In this document: in pieces, positions 12,265-21,605 of the stretch
How positions within the stretch are numbered: position 1 is the stretch's first letter
Layout of the letters: each line of letters begins with the position of its first letter
Source: Reclinomonas americana ATCC 50394
Taxonomy: Eukaryota
Length of the DNA stretch: 64,000 nucleotides
Direction: 5' to 3'
Assembly (NCBI GenBank): GCA_048213135.1
Contig: PS015009.1
Coordinates: 1,860,001-1,924,000, forward strand
Translations under genes and position numbers: made by a program
Notes under the pieces: generated by a model
Databases searched by the model: none
Seen by the model: the letters and a program-made list of their open reading frames with translations, nothing else
What the model was told of the DNA's origin: nothing

Positions 12265-12921
12265 ATGTACAAATTCCTCAAACGTTTACTGGATATATTG
12301 TTGTCGGGCATAGCCCTCATCCTGCTGTCGCCCATTCTCATTCCTTCCATTTTAATATTGCTGGTAACCGGCGAAAAGGAAGTGTTCTATTTGCAAAAGC
12401 GCATCGGCTATAAGAACAAACCTTTCAACATATGGAAGTTTGCCACCATGCTTAAGAACAGTCCCAACATTGGCACCGGCGCCATCACCCTGCGCAACGA
12501 CCCGCGGGTAACGGCTTTTGGCAAAATACTGCGCATGACCAAGGTTAATGAACTGCCGCAGATCATCAATGTATTTAAAGGCGATATGAGCCTGGTAGGT
12601 CCACGGCCACTGATGGAAGTAAGTTTTAAACTCTACCCCGAAAATGTACAAAAAGTGATCTACAACAGCAGGCCCGGCATGACCGGCATCGGTTCACTGA
12701 TCTTCCGGGATGAAGAAAAGATCGTTTCTGAGGCCGATGATCCCCAGGCGATGTATGCCCGTATCTATCCCTACAAAGGCGCTCTCGAACTGTGGTACCA
12801 GGACCACGCCTCCCTGTATACCGACTGTATGATCATTTTCCTCACCGCCTGGTCTATTTTAGTACCCGATAACAAACTGGTGTACAAGGTGTTTAAGGAT
12901 CTTCCCCGGCGCGACTTCTGA
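12265..12921 (+). CDS. Bacterial sugar transferase (PglC/WcaJ-like phosphoglycosyl transferase)
   Basis: [45 protein letters not shown]. Confidence 0.93.
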   Translation: MYKFLKRLLDILLSGIALILLSPILIPSILILLVTGEKEVFYLQKRIGYKNKPFNIWKFATMLKNSPNIGTGAITLRNDPRVTAFGKILRMTKVNELPQIINVFKGDMSLVGPRPLMEVSFKLYPENVQKVIYNSRPGMTGIGSLIFRDEEKIVSEADDPQAMYARIYPYKGALELWYQDHASLYTDCMIIFLTAWSILVPDNKLVYKVFKDLPRRDF

Positions 12922-12984
12922 TTCTGGCACTGTTCTTAAACAAAACTGGCAGCCAAATTGTAATAGCATTAGAAACAGATTCTG

Positions 12985-13863
12985 ATGCATTCATTTACGA
13001 TCAAAGACCTCGAAAATTTATCGGGCATCAAGGCCCACACGATCCGTATATGGGAGCAGCGCTACAATTTTTTGAAGCCCGCCCGTACGGGAACGAATAT
13101 CCGCTATTACAGCAATGAAGAGCTGAAAACCTTGCTGAACGTGGCCCTGCTGAATAAGTACGGGTTCAAGATCTCGCATATTGATAAGATGAGCGAGAAA
13201 GACATCCAGGAAAAAATACTGGCACTGGCCCAGATGGAAGCCCACCAGGAGCGTATTGTGAATGAACTCATCCAGGCCATGATCGACCTCAACCTGGAGC
13301 GGTTTGAAAGCATTCTCGATAACTATATTGAATCCCGTGGTATAGAACGAACCATTATGCAGGTCATTTTCCCCTTCCTGGAAAAGATAGGCATACTCTG
13401 GCTCACCAACCACATCAACCCCGCACAGGAACACCTGGTCAGCAATATCATCCGCCAGAAACTGATTGTGGGTATTGAAACGGCCCGTAAAACGCCGCTC
13501 CGCATCAACCGTTCGGTGCTGCTCTTTCTTCCGGAAGGCGAATACCACGAGATTGGCCTGCTGTTTATGAACTATCTCCTCAAAAGTCGTGGTGTGCATA
13601 CCCTGTACCTGGGGTGTTGTATCCCCATTGCCGACCTCGAATATGTGGCACAGGTAAAAAAGCCCGACTACCTTTATACCCATATGACCGCCCTGGCACC
13701 CAGGTTTAATTTTGACCGGTTTGCCTACTCGCTCAGTAAGGCTTTCCCCACCACACCCGTGATCCTGTCGGGCCAGCTGGGCAATTTCGAGAAAAAAATA
13801 CAGCCCCCGCTCATCTATAAACGCTCCTTTAACGAGGTGATGGATTTCATCGCTTCACTCTAG
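12985..13863 (+). CDS. CarH/LitR-like MerR regulator with cobalamin-binding domain
   Basis: MerR HTH (IKDLENLSGIKAHTIRIWEQRY), W-x9-EH (WLTNHINPAQEH) and ExH (GEYHEIG) B12 motifs; heads the crt cluster. Confidence 0.88.
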   Translation: MHSFTIKDLENLSGIKAHTIRIWEQRYNFLKPARTGTNIRYYSNEELKTLLNVALLNKYGFKISHIDKMSEKDIQEKILALAQMEAHQERIVNELIQAMIDLNLERFESILDNYIESRGIERTIMQVIFPFLEKIGILWLTNHINPAQEHLVSNIIRQKLIVGIETARKTPLRINRSVLLFLPEGEYHEIGLLFMNYLLKSRGVHTLYLGCCIPIADLEYVAQVKKPDYLYTHMTALAPRFNFDRFAYSLSKAFPTTPVILSGQLGNFEKKIQPPLIYKRSFNEVMDFIASL

Positions 13864-13940
13864 GCATCCTTTTTGGCCTACTGAAATACTGGCAGCCGCT
13901 GGTTCTGGCATTGCCTTTGTCTAATTACCTATGGAGAATA

Positions 13941-14003
13941 TTAAACAACAGTTTGGGAAAACCCAATCCAATTGTTTAAATTTATCGTATAAAGATTAAA
14001 CAA
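13941..14003. promoter_or_regulatory. TTAAACAA repeats (direct and inverted) upstream of the sigma gene; candidate CarH/LitR operator
   Basis: TTAAACAA 13941-13948, TTGTTTAA 13972-13979, TTAAACAA 13996-14003; another copy at 12936-12943 upstream of the regulator gene. Confidence 0.5.
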
Positions 14004-14009
14004 ATTCCT

Positions 14010-14510
14010 ATGTCAGCTATAGAATTCAACCAGGTTTTACTGAGTAACGCGGATTACCTGAAGCCTTTCGCTTTTACCCTCACCCGCGACAATGAATCGG
14101 CCCGCGACCTGTTGCAGGAAACCCTGTACCGGGCCCTGGCCAATAAGGAAAAGTACAGTGTGGGCACCAATATCAAGGCCTGGCTGTATACCATTATGCG
14201 GAACATTTTTATCAACAATTACCGCAAAAATGCCCGCCAGGTAGTGATCCTGGACGGTACAGCCAACGAGTTTCTGATCAATTCCCAGCAGTATACCACC
14301 ACCAACCTGGCCGAGATCAACCTTAACCTCAAAGCGGTGATGGCGGCGGTGCATAACCTGCCCGAGATCTTCCGGAACCCGTTTATGCTCTATTTTGAGG
14401 GGTATAAGTACCACGAAATCGCCGATATGCTGAAAGAACCCCTCGGCACCATCAAAAGCCGCATCCACTTTGCCCGGAAACTGCTGAAGGAACAGGTGAG
14501 CCGGTATTAA
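14010..14510 (+). CDS. ECF RNA polymerase sigma factor (LitS/CarQ-like position)
   Basis: ARDLLQET, KAWLYTIMRN, GYKYHEIA, LGTIKSRIHFAR. Confidence 0.93.
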   Translation: MSAIEFNQVLLSNADYLKPFAFTLTRDNESARDLLQETLYRALANKEKYSVGTNIKAWLYTIMRNIFINNYRKNARQVVILDGTANEFLINSQQYTTTNLAEINLNLKAVMAAVHNLPEIFRNPFMLYFEGYKYHEIADMLKEPLGTIKSRIHFARKLLKEQVSRY

Positions 14511-14572
14511 AAGTTTTTCAAATACCCACTGGTACTGTTTTTAATTAAAATCAATAACCGTATTTTCGCCTT

Positions 14573-16057
14573 CTGAAAAAAGTTGTCGTCATAGGAAGCG
14601 GGTTTGCAGGGCTGTCAGTAGCGTCGTTTATGGCCAAAGCGGGTTGGAAAGTGACCCTTTTGGAGAAGAATGAGGGACCGGGAGGCAGGGCCAGGCAGTT
14701 GAAAGAGTCGGGATTTACCTTCGATATGGGTCCCAGTTGGTACTGGATGCCCGATGTTTTTGAAAGATATTTCGCCTGTTTTGGCAAAAAAGTTTCCGAT
14801 TATTATGAATTACTGAGGCTTGACCCATCTTACCGGGTATACTGGGCCGACGGTCCGATGGATATACCGGCTGATTACAACGAGCTGAAACAGTTATTTG
14901 AAAGCATGGAACCCGGCAGTGGTAAGCAACTCGACCGTTTCCTGGAAGAGGCCGTTTACAAATACGAGATCGGTATTAACAAATTGGTTCATAAACCCGG
15001 AAGGTCATTTACCGAATTCCTGGATATGGATGTGGTGAAGGGCGTTTTTAAACTGGATGTATTTACCTCTATGCGTAAACACATTTCCCGGTTCTTTAAA
15101 AACCCGAAGCTGCGGCAATTGCTCGAATTCCCGGTATTGTTCCTGGGTGCTTTGCCCCAGAATATACCGGCCCTCTACAGCCTGATGAATTATGCCGATA
15201 TCAAACTGGGTACCTGGTATCCGCAAGGTGGCATGTATAAAGTGGTGGAAGGCATGGAATCGCTGGCCAAAGAGCTGGGGGTGGAGTTTAAATACAACAG
15301 TAAGGTCACCCAAGTGACGATTGACGGGAAAACCGCCAAAAGAGTGGAAGTGAACGGGGATACAGGGTCGCCGGAGTATTATGAAGCGGATGTAGTGATC
15401 GGCGGGGCCGATTATCATCATATAGAATCGCAGCTTTTGCCTGAAGAAAGCAGGAGTTATAGCGAGCAATACTGGAACAAAAGAGTGATGGCTCCCAGTT
15501 GTTTGTTATATTACGTGGGATTGAACAGGCGGCTGACCGGTTTTACACACCACGCGTTGTTCTTTGATACGGATTTTGGCGTTCACGGCGATGAGATCTA
15601 TACAGATCAGCAATGGCCCAGCAACCCGTTGTTTTATGTATCCGCCTCATCCTTAACCGATGATACGGTGGCGCCGGAAGGGTGCGAAAACCTGGTTTTC
15701 CTGATCCCTGTGGCCACCGGCCTCAAAGGTGACACGGAAGAGCTGAGACTGAAGTACCTGGATATGATCGTTGAGCGTTTTGAACGGCTGACTGGCCAAA
15801 AGATCAGCGACGCCATCATTTACCGGAAAACTTACTCGGTAAGTAATTTCGTAGATGATTATAATTCGTTTAAGGGAAATGCCTACGGACTGGCCAATAC
15901 ACTCATGCAAACGGCAATTTTAAGGCCCGCATGCAGGAGCAGTAAAATAAAAAACCTATTTTACACCGGCCAGCTCACCGTTCCGGGCCCGGGTGTTCCG
16001 CCCAGCCTGATCAGCGGGGAGGTCGTAGCGAAGGAAGTGCTTAAATATTACCGTTAA
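14573..16057 (+). CDS. crtI: Phytoene desaturase; probable CTG start upstream of the track's ATG14630
   Basis: In-frame LKKVVVIGSGFAGL (GxGxxG) lies upstream of ATG14630; GFTFDMGPSWYWMP; C-terminal PGPGVPP. Confidence 0.93.
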   Translation: MKKVVVIGSGFAGLSVASFMAKAGWKVTLLEKNEGPGGRARQLKESGFTFDMGPSWYWMPDVFERYFACFGKKVSDYYELLRLDPSYRVYWADGPMDIPADYNELKQLFESMEPGSGKQLDRFLEEAVYKYEIGINKLVHKPGRSFTEFLDMDVVKGVFKLDVFTSMRKHISRFFKNPKLRQLLEFPVLFLGALPQNIPALYSLMNYADIKLGTWYPQGGMYKVVEGMESLAKELGVEFKYNSKVTQVTIDGKTAKRVEVNGDTGSPEYYEADVVIGGADYHHIESQLLPEESRSYSEQYWNKRVMAPSCLLYYVGLNRRLTGFTHHALFFDTDFGVHGDEIYTDQQWPSNPLFYVSASSLTDDTVAPEGCENLVFLIPVATGLKGDTEELRLKYLDMIVERFERLTGQKISDAIIYRKTYSVSNFVDDYNSFKGNAYGLANTLMQTAILRPACRSSKIKNLFYTGQLTVPGPGVPPSLISGEVVAKEVLKYYR

Positions 16058-16121
16058 ACCACGATGCTGTGAACGGGGTATCCACCCTATCATTGCAGTT
16101 AAAACTTAAGAAACAAAGGAA

Positions 16122-16958
16122 ATGATATCGATTTTTCATGATCTGAGTGAACAGTGCAGCAAACTGACTACAGAGAAGTACAGTACTTCTTTCAGCAGTG
16201 CTATTAAGCTGTTGCACCCCGACCTGCGGACACCGGTATTCAATATCTACGGGTTTGTGAGGTTTGCCGACGAGATCGTTGATACTTTTCATGAGTACAA
16301 CAAGGAAGAACTGCTGAAGGAATTCAAAAGGGAAACCTATACTGCTATTGAAAGAGGTATCAGCCTTAATCCCATCCTGCACAGTTTTCAGAAAACCGTA
16401 CGGGAATACAATATCTCCCACGATCTCATCGAGGCCTTTTTCAAAAGTATGGAAATGGACCTCAGCAAAACCCTGTACAACAGCACAGGATATAAAGAAT
16501 ACATCTACGGAAGCGCCGAAGTGGTAGGCCTCATGTGCCTGTACGTTTTCTGTGAAGGCGACCGTACCATGTATGAAAAATTGAAGCCCGCCGCACAGTC
16601 GCTGGGTGCCGCTTTCCAGAAAGTGAACTTCCTGAGGGATGTGAAAGCGGATTATGAACAACTGAACCGCACTTATTTCCCCGGGGTGGACTTCAAAAAC
16701 TTCACTTCTTCCATGAAGAAGGAAATTGAGGCCGACATAGCCAGGGATTTTAAAGATGCGTATGACGGCATCGTACAACTGCCCGGAAAAGCCAAGTTTG
16801 GCGTGTATGTAGCCTATAAATATTATTTGTCGCTGTTCAGGAAGATCAAACGTACAGCGCCTTCCAATATCCTGGAACAAAGGATACGTATCCCCAATTA
16901 TGGTAAAGCCTATATCGTGGCAAAAGCAGGCGTAAGAAGCCAGTTCAATATTTTATAA
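16122..16958 (+). CDS. crtB: Phytoene synthase
   Basis: YSTSFS, IYGFVRFADEIVD, YIYGSAEVVGLM, FQKVNFLRD. Confidence 0.96.
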   Translation: MISIFHDLSEQCSKLTTEKYSTSFSSAIKLLHPDLRTPVFNIYGFVRFADEIVDTFHEYNKEELLKEFKRETYTAIERGISLNPILHSFQKTVREYNISHDLIEAFFKSMEMDLSKTLYNSTGYKEYIYGSAEVVGLMCLYVFCEGDRTMYEKLKPAAQSLGAAFQKVNFLRDVKADYEQLNRTYFPGVDFKNFTSSMKKEIEADIARDFKDAYDGIVQLPGKAKFGVYVAYKYYLSLFRKIKRTAPSNILEQRIRIPNYGKAYIVAKAGVRSQFNIL

Positions 16959-16975
16959 AGGAAAGAAGAGCGATC

Positions 16976-17500
16976 ATGGATGTAATACTGGTTGACGAGC
17001 AGGACCGGCCCACAGGCAGGATGGAAAAAATTGAAGCCCACCGGAAAGCCCTGTTGCACAGGGCTTTTAGCATTTTTATTTTTAATGAAAAAGGGCAGAT
17101 GCTGTTGCACAAACGTGCTGCCGGTAAATACCACAGCGGCGGTTTGTGGACCAATGCCTGCTGCAGTCATCCCCAGCCGGGCGAAGAAACCCTTGCTGCC
17201 GCGGAGAACCGGCTTGTAGAAGAGATGGGCATACGGGTACCGCTCACCAAAGCCTTTGATTTCAGTTACCGGGCTGAATTTGATAACGGCCTCACCGAAT
17301 ATGAATTCGATCACGTATTTACCGGTACTTATGATGGCGAAGTGAAACCCGATCCCAATGAAGTGAGCGACTATTGTTATAAATCCACGGAAGAGATCCG
17401 CGAGTCACTGGTAACACACCCGCAGCAGTATACAGCCTGGTTCAGGATCGCTTTCCCCAAACTGGAAGACCATATGGCTGCTGTATTGCCTTCCTCTTAA
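16976..17500 (+). CDS. idi: Isopentenyl-diphosphate delta-isomerase type 1
   Basis: LHRAFS, WTNACCSHP, EYEFDHV. Confidence 0.96.
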   Translation: MDVILVDEQDRPTGRMEKIEAHRKALLHRAFSIFIFNEKGQMLLHKRAAGKYHSGGLWTNACCSHPQPGEETLAAAENRLVEEMGIRVPLTKAFDFSYRAEFDNGLTEYEFDHVFTGTYDGEVKPDPNEVSDYCYKSTEEIRESLVTHPQQYTAWFRIAFPKLEDHMAAVLPSS

Positions 17501-17504
17501 CCTA

Positions 17505-18224
17505 ATGCCAAACAGTTCCGCACAGTTGCTGAAACGATTTTCCAAATACCAGGTGGCCACCGCCATCGCTATATTATTCCATGTCATCGGGCTGGGAGGT
17601 ATGCTGATGAGCAAAGACCCGTTCTTTTTAAAATCCACTCCCTTTAACCTGTTGCTGATGTTTGCCTTGTTGCTGTGGACGCAACCGGGTAAGAACATTC
17701 ATTTTTTTGGTTTTGTACTGGCCTGTTTTGTAACCGGTGTTGCCGTGGAGATCATTGGCGTGAAAACGGGCCTGTTGTTTGGTAATTACCAATATGGCGA
17801 AGTGCTGGGCTACCGTTTTATGGAAGTGCCGCTGCTGATAGGGGTAAACTGGTTCACTGTGATCTACTGTTCAGGCATTAGTACCTATACATTGATGAAC
17901 AACCTGCTCCGGAAAAATGAGGAGGGTGTACCGCGGGAACGCCGTCCCGCGCTGAAATTTTTATCCGTAGTGCTGGATGGGGCCTTACTCGCCGTATTCT
18001 TCGATTGGCTGATGGAGCCCGTAGCCGTAAAGCTGGGCTACTGGAAATGGCTGGGAGAAGATCCGGGCATACCTTTTTTCAATTATGTATGCTGGTTCAT
18101 GGTGAGTGTGCTGCTGCTGATCATCTTTCATTACAGTAAGTTCCTGAAGCAAAATAAATTCGCAGTAAATTTGCTGCTGATACAGCTCATGTTTTTCCTG
18201 GTGCTGAGAACGTTTTTGAAGTAA
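17505..18224 (+). CDS. cruF: Carotenoid 1,2-hydratase (CruF/DUF422 family)
   Basis: Multi-TM; EIIGVKTGLLFGNYQYG, VPLLIGVNW, DWLMEPVA, GYWKW, P.FNY. Confidence 0.8.
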   Translation: MPNSSAQLLKRFSKYQVATAIAILFHVIGLGGMLMSKDPFFLKSTPFNLLLMFALLLWTQPGKNIHFFGFVLACFVTGVAVEIIGVKTGLLFGNYQYGEVLGYRFMEVPLLIGVNWFTVIYCSGISTYTLMNNLLRKNEEGVPRERRPALKFLSVVLDGALLAVFFDWLMEPVAVKLGYWKWLGEDPGIPFFNYVCWFMVSVLLLIIFHYSKFLKQNKFAVNLLLIQLMFFLVLRTFLK

Positions 18225-18247
18225 AGCAATAATAATTAGAGAACCGC

Positions 18248-18724
18248 ATGTCCCTTATTGTTTACATAGCTATTGCCCTGGTCACTTTTGTGCTGATGGA
18301 AGGGTTTACGTGGTGCCTGCACCGCTATGTAATGCATGGGTTCCTGTGGTGGCTGCACGAGGATCATCATAAAAAAGGCCCGGGTTTTTTTGAAAAGAAC
18401 GACGCCTTCTTCCTCATTTTCGCTATTCCAAGCTGGTTGCTCATTATGCTGGGCGTTATGTACAAACAGTACTGGATGATCGCGATAGGGTCGGGATTTA
18501 CGATGTACGGTATCGCTTATTTCCTGGTGCACGAAGTCATTATTCACCAGCGGTTCAAATGGTTCACCCGCAGTAACAATACCTATGTACGCACCCTGCG
18601 CTGGGCCCACAAAATGCACCACAAGCACCTCGACAGGTTCAACGGTGAAAGCTTCGGTATGCTGTGGGTAGCCAAAAGATACTGGGATAAAGTGCGGGAT
18701 GACAAACGGAGGAACCAACGCTGA
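18248..18724 (+). CDS. crtZ: Beta-carotene hydroxylase
   Basis: His boxes HRYVMH, HEDHH, HEVIIHQR, HKMHH; FEKND. Confidence 0.92.
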   Translation: MSLIVYIAIALVTFVLMEGFTWCLHRYVMHGFLWWLHEDHHKKGPGFFEKNDAFFLIFAIPSWLLIMLGVMYKQYWMIAIGSGFTMYGIAYFLVHEVIIHQRFKWFTRSNNTYVRTLRWAHKMHHKHLDRFNGESFGMLWVAKRYWDKVRDDKRRNQR

Positions 18725-18748
18725 TCTTCATTTCAATAGTAGCATATC

Positions 18749-19429
18749 TTGAATTCACATTACACTTATTTTCTTATACTGGCCTTATCTATAGCGGGCC
18801 CGCTGGGTTTAAGCTTCGATAAAAAAGTGGCTTTCTACACCAAGTGGAAATATGTTCTTCCCGCTATGGTCATTCCCGCACTGCTGTACATTGGCTGGGA
18901 TATGTACTTTACGCATAAAGGCGTATGGTGGTTCAATGAAAAATACATCACCGGCATAAGGATAGGTAACCTGCCGCTGGAAGAAGTACTGTTCTTTTTG
19001 ATTGTGCCGTACTGCTGTGTATTTATATACGAGTGCATCCGCTGCTATTTCCCGCAGCTGAAAAATAAAAAGATCGCAGATAATATCCTGAAACTGCTGG
19101 CGGTGGTGCTGCTGGGGGTGGGATTGTATTTTCACGACCGGTATTACACGTCCTGGACATTTATCTTCACCGCGGTGTTCATCGGCCTGGTATACGCGTT
19201 GCCCTTCTTATCAAAAAAATTCGACGCCACTTCTTTCCTGGTGTCTTATGCTATCATCATCGTCCCCTTCCTGCTCGTGAACGGTTTTCTTACCGCTATA
19301 CCGGTTGTATTGTATAACGATGCGGAGAACCTGGCCTTCCGCATATACACCATTCCCTTTGAGGATGTGTTTTATGGTATGCTCCTCACCCTGATGATCA
19401 TCGTCATTTACGAAAAATTAAGGAAGTAG
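18749..19429 (+). CDS. crtY: Membrane lycopene cyclase (fused CrtYc/Yd-type, two cyclase repeats)
   Basis: Two repeats with LPLEEVLFF and IPFEDVFY motifs; TTG start; in crt operon. Confidence 0.85.
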   Translation: MNSHYTYFLILALSIAGPLGLSFDKKVAFYTKWKYVLPAMVIPALLYIGWDMYFTHKGVWWFNEKYITGIRIGNLPLEEVLFFLIVPYCCVFIYECIRCYFPQLKNKKIADNILKLLAVVLLGVGLYFHDRYYTSWTFIFTAVFIGLVYALPFLSKKFDATSFLVSYAIIIVPFLLVNGFLTAIPVVLYNDAENLAFRIYTIPFEDVFYGMLLTLMIIVIYEKLRK

Positions 19430-19430
19430 C

Positions 19431-20873
19431 TCAGAAGCGCTGCACCTTGCCTGTGGCCGTCATGGGCAACGAATCGACAATACGTATGCGTTGCGGCGCC
19501 TTGAAGGTGGACATTCTTTTTTTACAAAAACTGATCACGTCTTCTATGTCTACTGTAGCGCCCTCTTCCAGCACAATATCACCCTCAATGATCTGTCCCA
19601 TCAATGGATGCGGACTGCTGCTGATACGGGCCATTTTGATACCGGGAAAGGTTTCCAGCACGGCTTCCACTTCTTCAGGGAATATTTTGATACCGGAAAT
19701 ATTGATGACCGATTTGGCCCTTCCTTCTATTTTGATAAGCCCGTCGCCGGCTTTGGAAGCATAATCAGCTGTAAGGAAATAACCTTTGGTCGTTACCTCA
19801 TCCCGGGTTTGCGCCGGCAGCAGGTAAGCATCGAACATACCCGGACCTTTGATGGCCAGGTGGCCGGTAGTGCCATTGGGCAGGGGATTGAATTCATCAT
19901 CGAGTATGGCCACGTCAAAATCGGGAAGGGCATAACCCACGGCATCGGGGTGCTCGGCAGACTTGCGGTAGTTCAGCATGGGCAGACCTATCTCAATAAT
20001 ACCATAAGCCTGGCTAACGTCAATGCCAAAACGCTTTTTAAAAGCGAGGCATACATCCAATCCAATAGCCGCTGAAGTGGAGATGGCTTTTTTGAGCGTG
20101 GGCATTTGCTCCGTACCGGCATCATTGGCCAGCAGCCTGATCTGCATGGGGGAGGAGTACAACAGGGTACCGTTGCAGGTATTGGTAACCTCAATAATAT
20201 TCTTTGCCAGGAAATTGCCCACCACTGCAATGGCGGCACCAAAACGCACATACAATACAATCGACACCACGAAATGGTAAGCCATGGGCAGTACCCATAC
20301 CACGGTATCGCCCGGGCGCAGCTCCAGCCCTTTGTTGGCGGCTTCTATCCTTTCTATTACCGAACGGTGAGAGATCACCACTCCTTTTGACTTGCCCGTA
20401 GTGCCCGAAGTAAAACGGATGAACACCGGTTGATGCACATGCGGTGCAATGGGTGAACTGAACGTGATACCGGTAAAGCCCAGCCGGAAGGAACCTGCGC
20501 CCATGGCGATGACCTGTTTCACTTCTTCAACTGGCTGTACACCCGACTGGTCGTCGATAATGGCATGCAGACCTGCATCCTGGATAATATCATCGATCTC
20601 GTTCTGTTTGAGGAGATGGTACAAAGGCATAACCGTTGCCCCGCATCCCGCGATAGCGAAAAGCCCGGCGATAAAATTGCGGCCGTTCTTCGCCATCATA
20701 CCCACGCCCATACCGGGCTGAAGACCATTGACCAGCAGCGCATCCCTCAGCCTGCCAGACTCTTCCAGTAAACCGGAAAAAGACAGTGTGCCGTATTCAT
20801 CATGCACAGCAGGCCGGTCGGGCCACAGTGCAGCTGCCTGTTGTAATACGTCGTATACGGGAAGTTCATTCAC
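19431..20873 (-). CDS. Class I adenylate-forming enzyme (acyl-CoA/acyl-ACP ligase family)
   Basis: FTSGTTGKSKG, QAYGIIE, GRAKSVINISGIKIFPEEVE, LPMTATGKV. Confidence 0.9.
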   Translation of the reverse strand: MNELPVYDVLQQAAALWPDRPAVHDEYGTLSFSGLLEESGRLRDALLVNGLQPGMGVGMMAKNGRNFIAGLFAIAGCGATVMPLYHLLKQNEIDDIIQDAGLHAIIDDQSGVQPVEEVKQVIAMGAGSFRLGFTGITFSSPIAPHVHQPVFIRFTSGTTGKSKGVVISHRSVIERIEAANKGLELRPGDTVVWVLPMAYHFVVSIVLYVRFGAAIAVVGNFLAKNIIEVTNTCNGTLLYSSPMQIRLLANDAGTEQMPTLKKAISTSAAIGLDVCLAFKKRFGIDVSQAYGIIEIGLPMLNYRKSAEHPDAVGYALPDFDVAILDDEFNPLPNGTTGHLAIKGPGMFDAYLLPAQTRDEVTTKGYFLTADYASKAGDGLIKIEGRAKSVINISGIKIFPEEVEAVLETFPGIKMARISSSPHPLMGQIIEGDIVLEEGATVDIEDVISFCKKRMSTFKAPQRIRIVDSLPMTATGKVQRF

Positions 20874-20921
20874 GGTGCGAAGGTAAAATTAATGTGATGA
20901 TTTGAAGAGACGATCGCCCCG

Positions 20922-21494
20922 TTATTTACTGTTGAGCATCTTGCTTAAAAATTCCGGGGTAACGCCGATATAAGAAGCTACCTGTTTTTGGGAAAGACTG
21001 ACGGCAAGCGAAGGATACAAGGCTACAAAATTAGCATACCTGTCCCTGGCAGGCAGGCTCAGGTTATCGGTAAGCCGTTGCTGGTAAGCCGCCAGGGCGT
21101 TTTCGGCCAGTATGCGGAAGAACCGCTCCAGTTGAGGAATGCTTATGAATAGTTCGTCCAGCCCCGCTTTTGTGACCGTTAATATTTCGCTGTCCTCAAT
21201 GGCATCGATATTCAGGTTGCCCGGCTGGCCCGTGATCGCACTTTTCATATCGGCGATCCACCAGCCCGGCGGGGCAAACTGCAGCACATGTTCAAACCCG
21301 TTTTTATCAATGGCATAGCTGCGAAGGCAGCCACTGGTGACGAAGAACACCTGTTTTTGTACATCGCCTTCCCGGTGCAGGAACTTTTTCCGGCTTACCT
21401 GCTGCTCCCGGAATGCGGTTACCAGTACCCGCTGTTCTTCAGCGGAAAGAGCAATATGCCGTGTGATATTATTCAGCAGGAGTTCGTGTGCCAT
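20922..21494 (-). CDS. Crp/Fnr family transcriptional regulator
   Basis: cNMP-fold N-terminus, C-terminal QKQVASYIGVTPEFLS HTH. Confidence 0.92.
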   Translation of the reverse strand: MAHELLLNNITRHIALSAEEQRVLVTAFREQQVSRKKFLHREGDVQKQVFFVTSGCLRSYAIDKNGFEHVLQFAPPGWWIADMKSAITGQPGNLNIDAIEDSEILTVTKAGLDELFISIPQLERFFRILAENALAAYQQRLTDNLSLPARDRYANFVALYPSLAVSLSQKQVASYIGVTPEFLSKMLNSK

Positions 21495-21605
21495 ATCTTA
21501 TTTATGTGATAAAGTTATTAAAGGATAAGCAGTAGTTAACAGACTTTTGAATTTTGCCTTTTTACTTTTTACTTTCTTAATTTTAGTACCTCAGAAACAG
21601 CACAC

